From IMG/VR virus record IMGVR_UViG_3300049740_000832: DNA of 64,000 bases; one strand, 5' to 3'. Source of the DNA: a virus. Under the pieces are notes generated by a model. It ran no database searches. It saw only the letters and a program-made list of their open reading frames with translations, and had not been told where the DNA came from. Of this stretch, positions 27,410 to 36,690 are shown one piece after another; position 1 is the stretch's first letter; each line of letters begins with the position of its first letter. Made by a program: the position numbers and the translations under genes.

Positions 27410-28143
27410 TGAGAGTCGCATTATGTGTATCTGGTAAGTGGACGGGTGAAGACTATACGAATTTTTTGAGAGAAAGAATTCCACATGATGAGTTTTATAC
27501 TGCAACCTATACTGGTATCGAAATGCCGTTTGAACCAGATTTTCGTATGGATGAACCAGAAAATACTTATCATTCACTATTTGATACACAACCATATCCA
27601 GACAGTGAGTCTGAAGGTCGAAGAGATATTCTTGGAAGAGATGAACATAAAATTTTGTCAGAATATAGAAAATATAAAAAAGCTTCTGAACATTGGCATA
27701 AACAAATATTATTACACGCATGGATATGTGAACAAATAGAAACAGATATCATTATTAGAGCGAGATTTGAAACGATTGTATCAAATCAGATAGATTGGCA
27801 AGAGTGGATTGACAAATGTTATGATGAAGAAATACCTATTGGTTTCAATACAAGAACTGAAGGTGATGCAAATCAATACCATCATGATTTGATGAGAGCA
27901 ACCGAAGTTGGTTTTTATATCAACGATGCACTAATAATTCATCCGAAGAAAGTTTTAGAATGGGATTATGTGAATCATCTATATAAGGAGAAGAAACTAA
28001 GAGGAGCAGAAGAGGGATGGTATCAAGTCCTATCTGAGTCTCAGGGTCATTATCATATGTGTTATCATGGTGGAGCATATTCTATAAAAGATGAGGCAAT
28101 AGTGAAAGATGCTGATGAAAGTATTTATAATTACTCTTCTTGA
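27409..28143 (+). CDS. putative glycosyltransferase-like protein
   Basis: RVALCVSG N-terminus and DIIIRARFE, a pattern seen in polysaccharide loci. Confidence 0.45.
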   Translation: MRVALCVSGKWTGEDYTNFLRERIPHDEFYTATYTGIEMPFEPDFRMDEPENTYHSLFDTQPYPDSESEGRRDILGRDEHKILSEYRKYKKASEHWHKQILLHAWICEQIETDIIIRARFETIVSNQIDWQEWIDKCYDEEIPIGFNTRTEGDANQYHHDLMRATEVGFYINDALIIHPKKVLEWDYVNHLYKEKKLRGAEEGWYQVLSESQGHYHMCYHGGAYSIKDEAIVKDADESIYNYSS

Positions 28144-28813
28144 TGACCGCAATTCTCGTGATGCATGTAATCGCGTCATTAAGTCTATTGATGACACAGG
28201 TTCAGACCTTGAACCAATAATCTTTCGTGCGACTACACCTGAGTCACTCGAAGAAGATATGTGGTTGAAACTCGATTGGACGTTCCCAACCAATGCAAGT
28301 CAAGACCGTATGGACATGGCGACAGGACTATATCTTCAACATTATCAGACCGCAAACTTACAGAATCGTATTGCCTGTATGGTAAGTCACATGCGTTTAT
28401 GGCAGAGGTCAATCGACCTTGAAGAACCAATTATGGTTCTGGAACACGATGCACTCTTCATTCGCAAGTTTAGATTTTCGGACTTGACAGATGGGTTCAA
28501 AGGTGGTATAGTAGGACTCAATGACCCTCGTGGTGCAACTCGAAAGGCGAGTCTGTTTCATTCAAAGGTCAGTTCGCGTATGGGATTACAACCAGTTCCA
28601 GACCTTGAGGACAACTATCCTCACGGACTCGCTGGAAATTCCGCATATATAATTACACCAAAGGGTGCAAAGAAAGTATTGAAGAAGGTAGGGGAAATAG
28701 GAATGTGGCCCAATGACGCACTTATGAACAAACAGTTCTTTCCGTGGATGCAAGTAGTCTATCCTTACTATACAACTATTCAGAAGGGGTTGGTCTCAAC
28801 CACAACGTCATGA
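28115..28813 (+). CDS. GT25-like glycosyltransferase
   Basis: ACMVSHMRLW, VLEHDA, AYIITPKGAKK, ND. Confidence 0.8.
   Translation: MKVFIITLLDDRNSRDACNRVIKSIDDTGSDLEPIIFRATTPESLEEDMWLKLDWTFPTNASQDRMDMATGLYLQHYQTANLQNRIACMVSHMRLWQRSIDLEEPIMVLEHDALFIRKFRFSDLTDGFKGGIVGLNDPRGATRKASLFHSKVSSRMGLQPVPDLEDNYPHGLAGNSAYIITPKGAKKVLKKVGEIGMWPNDALMNKQFFPWMQVVYPYYTTIQKGLVSTTTS
28484..28512 (+). promoter_or_regulatory. intragenic sigma70-like promoter
   Basis: TTGACA-17-TATAGT with extended -10 TG. Confidence 0.45.
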
Positions 28814-29457
28814 AAGCAAAAGTAATTACAATAATGCATAACTCTTCGAGTATCGATGTCGCAGAACGTTGTATCGCGTCAGGTAAAAAACACGGCGTGA
28901 CCGTAAAATGGTTTCGGGCTATTACACCGAATGATGAACCACTTGAACTACTAGAACGTGAGGGTATTCCACCTAGTGCATTTGACGAGAGATACTCTCG
29001 CAATCTGAATTGTATCTCTGCATTCCTATCACACTATTCATTATGGAAAGAGTGTGCATCAGGTGAAGAGACCTATGCAATCTTTGAACACGATGCGGTC
29101 ATCACTGCACCTCTCCCAACTCAACCGTTTCATTATGTAATGAATATTGGTCATCCCTCTTATGGTAACTGGAATACACCAACATTGATAGGAGTTAATC
29201 AGTTAACCACTAAACGATACTTCCCAGGCGCACATGCATACATGGTCACGCCCGCAGGCGCGAAGAAACTTGTAGAGGCCGCGCCTCAACTTGCACGACC
29301 AACAGACATATATCTAAATCTAGATAACTTCCCGTGGTTACAAGAATACTATCCGTTCTGTGCAGAGGCGCAAGATAGTTTTACCACAATTCAAGTAGAA
29401 GAAGGTTGTCTTGCAAAACACAACTGGAAGAAAGGATACAATATAATCGATGCGTGA
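28810..29457 (+). CDS. GT25-like glycosyltransferase
   Basis: FLSHYSLW, IFEHDA, HAYMVTPAGAKKL, PTD. Confidence 0.8.
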   Translation: MKAKVITIMHNSSSIDVAERCIASGKKHGVTVKWFRAITPNDEPLELLEREGIPPSAFDERYSRNLNCISAFLSHYSLWKECASGEETYAIFEHDAVITAPLPTQPFHYVMNIGHPSYGNWNTPTLIGVNQLTTKRYFPGAHAYMVTPAGAKKLVEAAPQLARPTDIYLNLDNFPWLQEYYPFCAEAQDSFTTIQVEEGCLAKHNWKKGYNIIDA

Positions 29458-30118
29458 GATATTTGTAACAGGTTGTGACGAGAAGACCGAATGGCAACTC
29501 CCGTGGTTCATACAGAAATTCCGTGAACATAATCCAGAGGCGCAACTTGTAATTGCTGACTTTGGTATGAGTGATTATATGTGGCAACAAGTCTATGATG
29601 ACTTTGATGACCACTTTGAAGTGTTGAGTGAAGCAAAGGGGTGGTTCAAAAAACCCCGTGCATTACTTGATGCGTCTCGTTTAGATGATGTGTCGAAGGT
29701 ATGTTGGATTGACACTGATTGTGAAATCAAGGGTAACATTGAACACATCTTTGACCTGTCACAACCACATCGTCTTGGTATGGTTGAAGACCGTCCGTGG
29801 ACTAGACGTAGAAATGAACTGGGTGAATGGTATAACTCTGGTGTTGTTTTGATTGAAGGCACACCAAACATTGTGAAGATGTGGGCAGACGAATGTCTTC
29901 GGAATCCTGTGCAGGGTGACCAAGAAGTATTGTATCTAATGATGGAGGGCGACCCTCTTCAAAAACTTACATATATCCATCCGTTGCCCCACACATATAA
30001 TACTTTACGATTAGACTACATAGATGGTATAAATGTAAGAAACCCAAAGATTGTCCATCATACGGGCAAAAAAGGTAATGACGCAATTAGGAGACAGATA
30101 AATGAATTATTTACTTGA
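29450..30118 (+). CDS. GT-A fold glycosyltransferase
   Basis: WFKKP, WIDTD, YNSGVV, GDQEVL, YN, HHTG. Confidence 0.8.
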   Translation: MREIFVTGCDEKTEWQLPWFIQKFREHNPEAQLVIADFGMSDYMWQQVYDDFDDHFEVLSEAKGWFKKPRALLDASRLDDVSKVCWIDTDCEIKGNIEHIFDLSQPHRLGMVEDRPWTRRRNELGEWYNSGVVLIEGTPNIVKMWADECLRNPVQGDQEVLYLMMEGDPLQKLTYIHPLPHTYNTLRLDYIDGINVRNPKIVHHTGKKGNDAIRRQINELFT

Positions 30119-30323
30119 AGCATTAGTAACAAAACTTGAAGGTGAAATTGCAATCGCAAGAGCAAACATCAGAGTTTATATGGAAAATTCCGTTGGTATC
30201 GGAGAACATCCCGAAGTGGTGCAAGCAATTGAAACACAAATTGAAAATATCGCAACCGCAGAAGAAAAGATTGGTGTAATCAAAGACCACTTTGGAACGG
30301 GCAGTGATTTAAGGCACAAATAG
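30102..30323 (+). CDS. small conserved T4-like protein
   Basis: VYMENSVGIGEHPEVV motif. Confidence 0.65.
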   Translation: MNYLLEALVTKLEGEIAIARANIRVYMENSVGIGEHPEVVQAIETQIENIATAEEKIGVIKDHFGTGSDLRHK

Positions 30324-30325
30324 TA

Positions 30326-30736
30326 ATGTATGAATATAGATGTAATGTCGTCAAAATTATCGATGGTGATACGGTTGACGTTGATATTGATTTAGGGTTT
30401 GGTGTATGGATGCGTAAACAACGCATTCGGATGTATGGTATTGATACACCTGAGTCACGCACACGCGATAAAGAAGAGAAAAAATATGGTCTTGCCGCAA
30501 AAGCATTTCTGACTGGTCTATTGGATGACCCAAATGGCATTGTCTTGAAAACACATAAAGATGGTAAGGGTAAGTTTGGTCGTATTTTAGGTGAGTTGTG
30601 GAGAACCACTGACTTCGCAGACCAATCAATCAATGAGTATATGTGTGAAAAACATCATGCGGTTCGTTATTTCGGACAATCAAAAGACTTGATTGAAGAA
30701 CAACATGTATTGAATAGAGAACTTGTCAAACTATGA
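30326..30736 (+). CDS. staphylococcal nuclease-like (thermonuclease) protein
   Basis: IIDGDTVD, RMYGIDTPES, GKFGRILG. Confidence 0.88.
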   Translation: MYEYRCNVVKIIDGDTVDVDIDLGFGVWMRKQRIRMYGIDTPESRTRDKEEKKYGLAAKAFLTGLLDDPNGIVLKTHKDGKGKFGRILGELWRTTDFADQSINEYMCEKHHAVRYFGQSKDLIEEQHVLNRELVKL

Positions 30737-31323
30737 TAATAGTTCCTGACCGTTTGGTCTTTGTTCATGTTCCTAAAACAGCAGGAACAACAATATCAGA
30801 GTTTATTCGTCATCGTTTCGATGAAAGTATTATTGATGTTGCAAATCAATATAAGAGTGATAAAGTATATGGCGGTCATTTACCAAGAGAACAAATGAAT
30901 GTAGACTTTTCTAAATACATGTCTTCATTGCCTATCTTTTCTATATGTCGGCATCCCTATGATAGACTTGTAAGTGGATTTCTTCATTGGATTCGAGACA
31001 GGGGTTATGGTCAGGGTGATTACCCTCAAGGATTTAACTTTGAATCTTGGCTCAAAGGTAAAAATCATGTATGGAAACTACCATTAACAACATGGATTAG
31101 GGAAAATGATATCATTCTTCGATATGAAAATCTATCAAATGATATTATCAAGATGGAAGAAGTGTTAGGAACTAAGATAAAATTACTTAAAAAGAATGTC
31201 GGTATTCATGAACTCTTGGGTTACAATTATCCGACCAGAAATGATATAATCCGTCCTGATATAAAAGAGTATATACAAGAGACCTATAAAGAAGACTTTG
31301 AAAGATTTGGATATGAGAGTTAA
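30733..31323 (+). CDS. carbohydrate sulfotransferase (Sulfotransfer_2-like)
   Basis: FVHVPKTAGTTI, RHPYDRLVS, RYENL, YKEDFERFGY. Confidence 0.85.
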   Translation: MIIVPDRLVFVHVPKTAGTTISEFIRHRFDESIIDVANQYKSDKVYGGHLPREQMNVDFSKYMSSLPIFSICRHPYDRLVSGFLHWIRDRGYGQGDYPQGFNFESWLKGKNHVWKLPLTTWIRENDIILRYENLSNDIIKMEEVLGTKIKLLKKNVGIHELLGYNYPTRNDIIRPDIKEYIQETYKEDFERFGYES

Positions 31324-31951
31324 TGTTTTAGGTAATGGTGACCATGCGGGATTATTTGAACGTGGTTTGCCGGGCAAATTACTAATATGTAACATGCCTC
31401 CATTTGAAATCCCTCGCAAGGAAGTGTGGGCAACCTGTATGGTTGACTTCAAAATGATGAAGGCACTTCAAGAGGGTAAGATTCAACTGGACATGTATGA
31501 CTGGATTCTTGGAACTCGTCCTCGTGTTTGGATGGAAGCATCTGGGTCATTCTACCTAAAGTATTCTCATCTCATCAAAGGTTTTTATCAACACATTCCA
31601 GAATATGCTGCACTGCCAGGCCAAAGTCTTGGACAAGCGGCAACCAATTTTAACTGCGGTCACTTTGCGGTGCATTATGCATGTAACAAGATGAAAGCGA
31701 CTGAAGTTCACATCTATGGGTTTGACAGTATCTTTGATATGAATCTAGAGAGTTTTACTGACCTCATTCTGGAAAGTGACCGAAGCACTCAAAACACAGT
31801 AAGGTTGGCGGATAACTGGAGACCTATCTGGACGGAGATGTTCAAAGAATTTTCCGAAGTAGAGTTCAACCTTTATCATTCTCATAACAACATTAAAATA
31901 CCTGTCTCTGATAATGTAAAAATACACGTTGTTACCAAAAAAAAGTCTTGA
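31313..31951 (+). CDS. GT-D/DUF115-like nucleotide-sugar-handling protein
   Basis: VNVLGNG...ICN...VD...NCGHFAV...VHIYGFD. Confidence 0.5.
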   Translation: MRVNVLGNGDHAGLFERGLPGKLLICNMPPFEIPRKEVWATCMVDFKMMKALQEGKIQLDMYDWILGTRPRVWMEASGSFYLKYSHLIKGFYQHIPEYAALPGQSLGQAATNFNCGHFAVHYACNKMKATEVHIYGFDSIFDMNLESFTDLILESDRSTQNTVRLADNWRPIWTEMFKEFSEVEFNLYHSHNNIKIPVSDNVKIHVVTKKKS

Positions 31952-31976
31952 CTTTAGACCGTAACTGTGATATGAT
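31948..31976 (+). promoter_or_regulatory. sigma70-type promoter for the tRNA
   Basis: TTGACT-17-TATGAT. Confidence 0.65.
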
Positions 31977-31991
31977 GTAAATCACAATCAA

Positions 31992-32068
31992 GGACGCATA
32001 GCTCAACTGGATAGAGCAACAGCCTTCTAAGCTGTAGGTTCGGGGTTCAAGTCCCTGTGCGTTCACCA
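31992..32068 (+). tRNA. trnR: tRNA-Arg (anticodon TCT)
   Basis: GGACGCA/TGCGTTC acceptor stem, GCTC/GAGC D arm, ACAGC-CTTCTAA-GCTGT anticodon arm, TTCAAGT T loop, encoded CCA. Confidence 0.95.
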
Positions 32069-32070
32069 AC

Positions 32071-32295
32071 ATGGAGCAAAAAATGACTGTGACTGTATCT
32101 CAAATTCTTCAGGATTTGTATCCTGAACTTCCTGAAGACGATAACACATATCGTCTCTTCAAACTTGACCCAAGTTTTAACTTCGGTAAGTTGACTGAAC
32201 GTGATTTGACAAATCACAAAAACCTAAATAGTTTTACAGAGGGCGACAAACTGGTTGTCGTTCAGAATTCAGAAATCATTTATATAGAGGAGTAA
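32071..32295 (+). CDS. hypothetical protein
   Basis: ORF directly after the tRNA. Confidence 0.5.
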   Translation: MEQKMTVTVSQILQDLYPELPEDDNTYRLFKLDPSFNFGKLTERDLTNHKNLNSFTEGDKLVVVQNSEIIYIEE

Positions 32296-32299
32296 TATT

Positions 32300-32491
32300 A
32301 TGGATAAAGTATTATATGCAAAAGAACAAGTGTTGAATTTCTTCAGCACGACTACATCGAACATCGTTGGTATTGGTCTTGGCGGAGCGTTAACCGCTCT
32401 CAGTCTTATAGATTTCAGTATTGTTGGACTGGTCGCGGGCGTATTTCTTATGGTTGCAGAAGGTATCCAATATTGGGAACGTGCTAACTAA
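32300..32491 (+). CDS. small membrane protein
   Basis: GAGGAG RBS; two hydrophobic segments. Confidence 0.6.
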   Translation: MDKVLYAKEQVLNFFSTTTSNIVGIGLGGALTALSLIDFSIVGLVAGVFLMVAEGIQYWERAN

Positions 32492-32664
32492 TGACCGAAG
32501 AGTATCGTCCCCGTGCGGTCTTTGCTCCAGATGACTATGCAATCATTCGTAAATCATTACAAGTGTATATGCATAATTATGGTAACAGTCTAACTGATGA
32601 GGAGGCTCGTAAGATTTCGAGTCTCTTTCATCGACTAGGAAGGGTTGATTATGACACAACGTGA
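32491..32664 (+). CDS. 57-aa hypothetical protein
   Basis: TAATG coupling; MTEEYRPRAVFAPDDY...LFHRLGR; not in track. Confidence 0.55.
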   Translation: MTEEYRPRAVFAPDDYAIIRKSLQVYMHNYGNSLTDEEARKISSLFHRLGRVDYDTT

Positions 32665-32803
32665 ATCATATGACCGATACATGTATCGTAAATATCAGGA
32701 GAGTGTGAGGAGAAATCCTACTCTTGAGGAACGTGTTCGACAACTTGAAGAGAAAGTCAAAGAGTTAGAAACTAACGTTTCTTCTTCTCACGCTCCTGTT
32801 TAA
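32651..32803 (+). CDS. 50-aa coiled-coil hypothetical protein
   Basis: MTQRESYDRYMYRKYQ...TLEERVRQLEEKVKELE; not in track. Confidence 0.45.
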   Translation: MTQRESYDRYMYRKYQESVRRNPTLEERVRQLEEKVKELETNVSSSHAPV

Positions 32804-33449
32804 TCCACTTCTTTGCAAGTGCATTGTCGGGTTCTTTATCAAGAAACTTCTTTACATCACGATATGCCCGAACAGTTTCTTTTTCGGTATTTTTTATTTC
32901 GGTGTTGTCAACTATAATAAACTTCTTCTTACCAAATATCTGTTGTAACGCACCAATATTCTTTTGAACCGTTGTCCAGTATTTGGTAACCTCTTTGTCA
33001 CCCAGAGTTCTATCTCTATCTTTATCTCTATCAATCGCCACTTCGAGAGTGGTGTTTACAAGAATCATCATGGTATCATATCCGAGGTCTTGTAATGTTT
33101 TTGCCTGTTTTTTAATCTTATCAGGGTCTTTGCCAGTTCCATCAATAACCAAACCTAAACGACCTGAGATATACATCGATTGTCTTTTGGCAGTCAATCT
33201 CTTGGAACGGTCACGGATTGTTTGGCCTTCATCAGAGAAGATTTCATCTGATGTCATTTTCTTACCCGCCTTTTTCATTGCGGTTTCAAATGCATCGTCA
33301 GAGTTTACAACTTTCATACCCAATGCAGGGAGACCAGTCTTACCTACGATGAATGACTTTCCAGAGCCAGGCCCACCCGCAAGGAATACTGCCTTAAAGA
33401 TTGCGGGGTCATCTACACCCTCATTCATGAATGTCTTAAATTTAATCAT
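32772..33449 (-). CDS. zeta-toxin/AAA_33-like P-loop kinase
   Basis: AVFLAGGPGSGKS, VNSDD, LVIDGTG, R...RDR lid, IVDN. Confidence 0.8.
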   Translation of the reverse strand: MIKFKTFMNEGVDDPAIFKAVFLAGGPGSGKSFIVGKTGLPALGMKVVNSDDAFETAMKKAGKKMTSDEIFSDEGQTIRDRSKRLTAKRQSMYISGRLGLVIDGTGKDPDKIKKQAKTLQDLGYDTMMILVNTTLEVAIDRDKDRDRTLGDKEVTKYWTTVQKNIGALQQIFGKKKFIIVDNTEIKNTEKETVRAYRDVKKFLDKEPDNALAKKWIKQEREKKKR

Positions 33450-34306
33450 TAGTAAATTTTTACACTATTTCTTATTATCTCAGCAGACTTTGGTAAACGA
33501 TGATTAACAAAATCTGTATCACCGAAACCGTCTTTTCTATAACTGTAATTATTTATAAAGTTAGACATTGCAATATTATCTTTTTCATCACCCGTAAGTC
33601 TAGTTGTTTGTGACAGAGTTTCTAAATAATCATCACGTTTGAAAGCCTCAATATCACTCTCCCCTCTATGGTATATGTCCATCAACTCAAAGTCTGATGT
33701 GCAATATGATGCAAAGTCATCTTTGATATCTGATGCAGAGAATGATTCTCCTTCATTGATATCAATACCAATTAGAACTACTGCATCAAACTTAACTCCT
33801 TCAGGCACAGTTATCTCGTATGTCTCATCCCCCATTTCATACATTTTATTTGATGTTAGGACTTTACTGGAATCATACATTTCCAATAAATACTTTGCAA
33901 AGTTATCACCTTCAGGAAATGCGGTATAAATGTTCGTTGTATCAGAAAGACTAAATGCAGTGTTTACTACACCTATCATATTCCCAGATATGTTGTCTTC
34001 GACAAGTCCATTCTCTTTCTGAACACGAGGATACTTATCATTTGTAAAGTTTGGTATGATAAGAACATTATCATATCCCTGATATGTAACTAAATTGTAT
34101 GCAACTATAATATATTGAACTAACTGTCCCCACTTATCATAAGATAATTGACCACCAACTTCCGATGGTTGCCAACCGTGTGTTGGGTCTTGTGCGTATT
34201 CTATAATGTTTGCCGTAAAACGATTTACGGCGAGAGGAAATAATAATTCAAGTTTGAATTCATCATTATTTCTACTTCTGATAATATAGGTATCTGTGTT
34301 ACTCAT
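33449..34306 (-). CDS. hypothetical protein (paralog of 34303-35181)
   Basis: KFDAVVLIG...DIKDDFASYCTSDFELMDIYHRG. Confidence 0.6.
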   Translation of the reverse strand: MSNTDTYIIRSRNNDEFKLELLFPLAVNRFTANIIEYAQDPTHGWQPSEVGGQLSYDKWGQLVQYIIVAYNLVTYQGYDNVLIIPNFTNDKYPRVQKENGLVEDNISGNMIGVVNTAFSLSDTTNIYTAFPEGDNFAKYLLEMYDSSKVLTSNKMYEMGDETYEITVPEGVKFDAVVLIGIDINEGESFSASDIKDDFASYCTSDFELMDIYHRGESDIEAFKRDDYLETLSQTTRLTGDEKDNIAMSNFINNYSYRKDGFGDTDFVNHRLPKSAEIIRNSVKIY

Positions 34307-35181
34307 GATTTATAAACTCTGAAATAATCATTTACATTCTTTATATTTTTGCCCAGTCTTTCATACATCAATTGATATTTTGTCCGAACAACATCAACAT
34401 AACGTATGTCAAATTGTTTTGTGTCATATAAAGATTTACTGTCATATACCTTTTTAGGTGTGTTGACAACGTTAATAAACTTATTTACTATTGTATCTAT
34501 ATTGGCAGATTTACCCGTAATTTTCCTAAAATCGCCCCGATAAATGTCAATCAAATCAAAATTGTCAGTGCAATATGGTTGAAACTTTTTTCTAATATCT
34601 TCTGCTTTATGTTTTCCACGCAACATAGATTCGCAACCTAGAAGAACAACAGCATCAAAAACAACACCTTTACCTGTTTTAGTTCCCTCAAATTCTTCTC
34701 CATTTTCAAATCGAGTTTTCATAAATTTTCTTGGTTTGAAATCATTATCTAATCTAAAATAATCATCAACCGTTACATAAGGAATATTAAATTCATCATA
34801 AAGTTTGGTATAATAGTTACTAACATCATCTGCTTGAGTTACATACATCTCAGGTAAAGACTCATTCATTGCATGAACAATGGGTAACATATGGTCACCC
34901 GCACTTTTTATTGGTCGGTATAATGTGTCTCTCATTCTGTCGGGGTAATTATGTTTACTAAATGAAGTTACAACAAGAATAGTTTGATACGCAGATAAAC
35001 ACAATAATCCATCAATGACTGTGGCATCACTCATCATGGAAATGATATCGTCTCTGACCAAACCACGGTCATTGAATTTAGACTCTGTTTCTAAAATTCT
35101 GTTAACAAAATTTCTTTTAGTTTCTAAGTTGATAATGTTATTAGTATCATAACTTTTGGGTTGTGACCTGTATAGAATCAT
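34303..35181 (-). CDS. hypothetical protein (paralog of 33449-34306)
   Basis: VFDAVVLLG...DIRKKFQPYCTDNFDLIDIYRG. Confidence 0.6.
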   Translation of the reverse strand: MILYRSQPKSYDTNNIINLETKRNFVNRILETESKFNDRGLVRDDIISMMSDATVIDGLLCLSAYQTILVVTSFSKHNYPDRMRDTLYRPIKSAGDHMLPIVHAMNESLPEMYVTQADDVSNYYTKLYDEFNIPYVTVDDYFRLDNDFKPRKFMKTRFENGEEFEGTKTGKGVVFDAVVLLGCESMLRGKHKAEDIRKKFQPYCTDNFDLIDIYRGDFRKITGKSANIDTIVNKFINVVNTPKKVYDSKSLYDTKQFDIRYVDVVRTKYQLMYERLGKNIKNVNDYFRVYKS

Positions 35182-35450
35182 TACTTGTCGCCTTGATAGA
35201 TTGCCTGAATGTGGTCTTCGAACTGTTCGATTTTCTCTGTTCGATTAGGCCAAAGAATGTATTCTTTCTCTGGGTTCATTTTGAGATTATTTAACAGAGG
35301 TTGAACTGCGTTATAAAGTTTGTCAAGTTTATCTTGGGTCTCTTCTACACTAGAAGATACTGATGCGACCTGTGCGGTGGCAGTCTGGACTGCTTCCAGT
35401 TCGTTCTCATCTACAAGGGTAAACCCAAAATCAAATAAATCGTCTGCCAT
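35181..35450 (-). CDS. conserved T4-like small late protein
   Basis: FDFGFT.VDE.EL...PLLNNLK.NPEKEYI.WPNR. Confidence 0.7.
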   Translation of the reverse strand: MADDLFDFGFTLVDENELEAVQTATAQVASVSSSVEETQDKLDKLYNAVQPLLNNLKMNPEKEYILWPNRTEKIEQFEDHIQAIYQGDK

Positions 35451-35471
35451 GTTGGTCTCCTATATTTCTTC

Positions 35472-35479
35472 TATTTATA
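35472..35479 (-). promoter_or_regulatory. T4-type late promoter (minus strand)
   Basis: TATTTATA on + strand. Confidence 0.75.
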
Positions 35480-35502
35480 AGAAAAAAACGTTAAAAAAGT
35501 GC

Positions 35503-35531
35503 TTGACATTACATGTTTTGTATGTTACTGT
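35503..35531 (+). promoter_or_regulatory. early sigma70-type promoter
   Basis: TTGACA-17-TACTGT with extended -10; TATAGTTGA leader motif. Confidence 0.65.
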
Positions 35532-35557
35532 TAATTATAGTTGAGAGAAAGGAACTC

Positions 35558-35809
35558 ATGATGATTACAGTTTTTGCAGAAAATGGTGGATTGACACTTA
35601 ATGGTGACAATGGATGTCTCGCACAGAACATTAAAACCGCGAAGACTCTCTCATATTACCTTGAGAAGTTCAATATTGCAGACCAAGATGTTTACTTTTC
35701 TTCTAGTATGGATTTTGCTGCTGACGAAGGTTCAGGGTTTGAAACCGATGATGGTGCCAAAATTCTCTGGGAAGAAGGTGTTGTTCGGTATAATCGGATA
35801 TCACGGTAA
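35558..35809 (+). CDS. early hypothetical protein
   Basis: AAAGGA RBS; VYFSSSMDFA motif. Confidence 0.6.
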   Translation: MMITVFAENGGLTLNGDNGCLAQNIKTAKTLSYYLEKFNIADQDVYFSSSMDFAADEGSGFETDDGAKILWEEGVVRYNRISR

Positions 35810-35818
35810 AAAAAGTGC

Positions 35819-35847
35819 TTGACAAATTGTGTTCTTGTTGTTATATT
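35819..35847 (+). promoter_or_regulatory. early sigma70-type promoter
   Basis: TTGACA-17-TATATT with extended -10. Confidence 0.75.
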
Positions 35848-35875
35848 AAGATATAGTTGATTGAAAGGAAAGATT

Positions 35876-36034
35876 ATGGAAGGCGAATTTGATTACGGAG
35901 AGTGTGATTTCTGTGGTGAAGAGAATGATATCAGTGGTCACTGTGTCGATAGTTTCTGTGAGTATTATGCGGGAACGCCTGAACACGATGCTTTGATTGA
36001 AGAATTTGGAGAGGATGCGGTCACTGGCCGGTAA
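35876..36034 (+). CDS. 52-aa acidic Cys-containing early protein
   Basis: AAAGGA RBS; MEGEFDYGECDFCGEENDISGHCVDSFCEYY...; not in track. Confidence 0.6.
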   Translation: MEGEFDYGECDFCGEENDISGHCVDSFCEYYAGTPEHDALIEEFGEDAVTGR

Positions 36035-36041
36035 TGATATA

Positions 36042-36284
36042 ATGTTTAAGATTTCTGATTACTATAAAATGGATATGTCTTGGGATGATGCGGTTGCGCT
36101 CATTACGGGTTGTGGTTGTGGCGACCTTCTTAAAGGTCTGGAAAACATGAACATAATTTGGGAAGATGTCTTGGATGATTATATGACTGAAGACGATTTC
36201 TATGACCAATACATTTATGAAGTAAACGCTTTCAATATTGTGTATGAAGGTATGAGTAAGTTATTTATTAAGGAAGCCGCTTAA
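36042..36284 (+). CDS. acidic early hypothetical protein
   Basis: ORF ending IKEAA, TAATG coupling. Confidence 0.55.
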   Translation: MFKISDYYKMDMSWDDAVALITGCGCGDLLKGLENMNIIWEDVLDDYMTEDDFYDQYIYEVNAFNIVYEGMSKLFIKEAA

Positions 36285-36478
36285 TGTGTGGTTGGATTGA
36301 TGATGCAGTAATGGAGAGTAAAATGCATAACGAAACTATGGCAGAATTTTTGGGTCAGACCAAAGACGGTCTTTGGGAAGTCAAGGTCTATCCGTTTGGA
36401 CAAGAAACTTATGTCGAGGGGTTCATACACTTGCGTGACGCAGAACTGTTCCTCTATCAATTTCGGGAGTTGAACTGA
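36284..36478 (+). CDS. early hypothetical protein
   Basis: coupled ORF. Confidence 0.5.
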   Translation: MCGWIDDAVMESKMHNETMAEFLGQTKDGLWEVKVYPFGQETYVEGFIHLRDAELFLYQFRELN

Positions 36479-36645
36479 TGACTTTTGAAGAATTTTGTCG
36501 CGAGATGTATCGCAAGAATGTTGATGAACGTCTCGCTTGGAAACAGGAAACAATGACATGTGAAGAGTATGTTGATAAAAATAAGAGTTTCTTGGAAGAA
36601 AAATTTAATATTGTTACAGCATCTTTTTTGCTTGACAATTCTTGA
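36478..36645 (+). CDS. 55-aa early hypothetical protein
   Basis: TGATG coupling; MTFEEFCREMYRKNVDER...; not in track. Confidence 0.55.
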   Translation: MTFEEFCREMYRKNVDERLAWKQETMTCEEYVDKNKSFLEEKFNIVTASFLLDNS

Positions 36646-36660
36646 TTGATTTGTTATTAT
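36632..36660 (+). promoter_or_regulatory. early sigma70-type promoter
   Basis: TTGACA-17-TATTAT with extended -10. Confidence 0.75.
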
Positions 36661-36690
36661 AATAGTATAGTTGAAAAGGAGAGGAAACCA

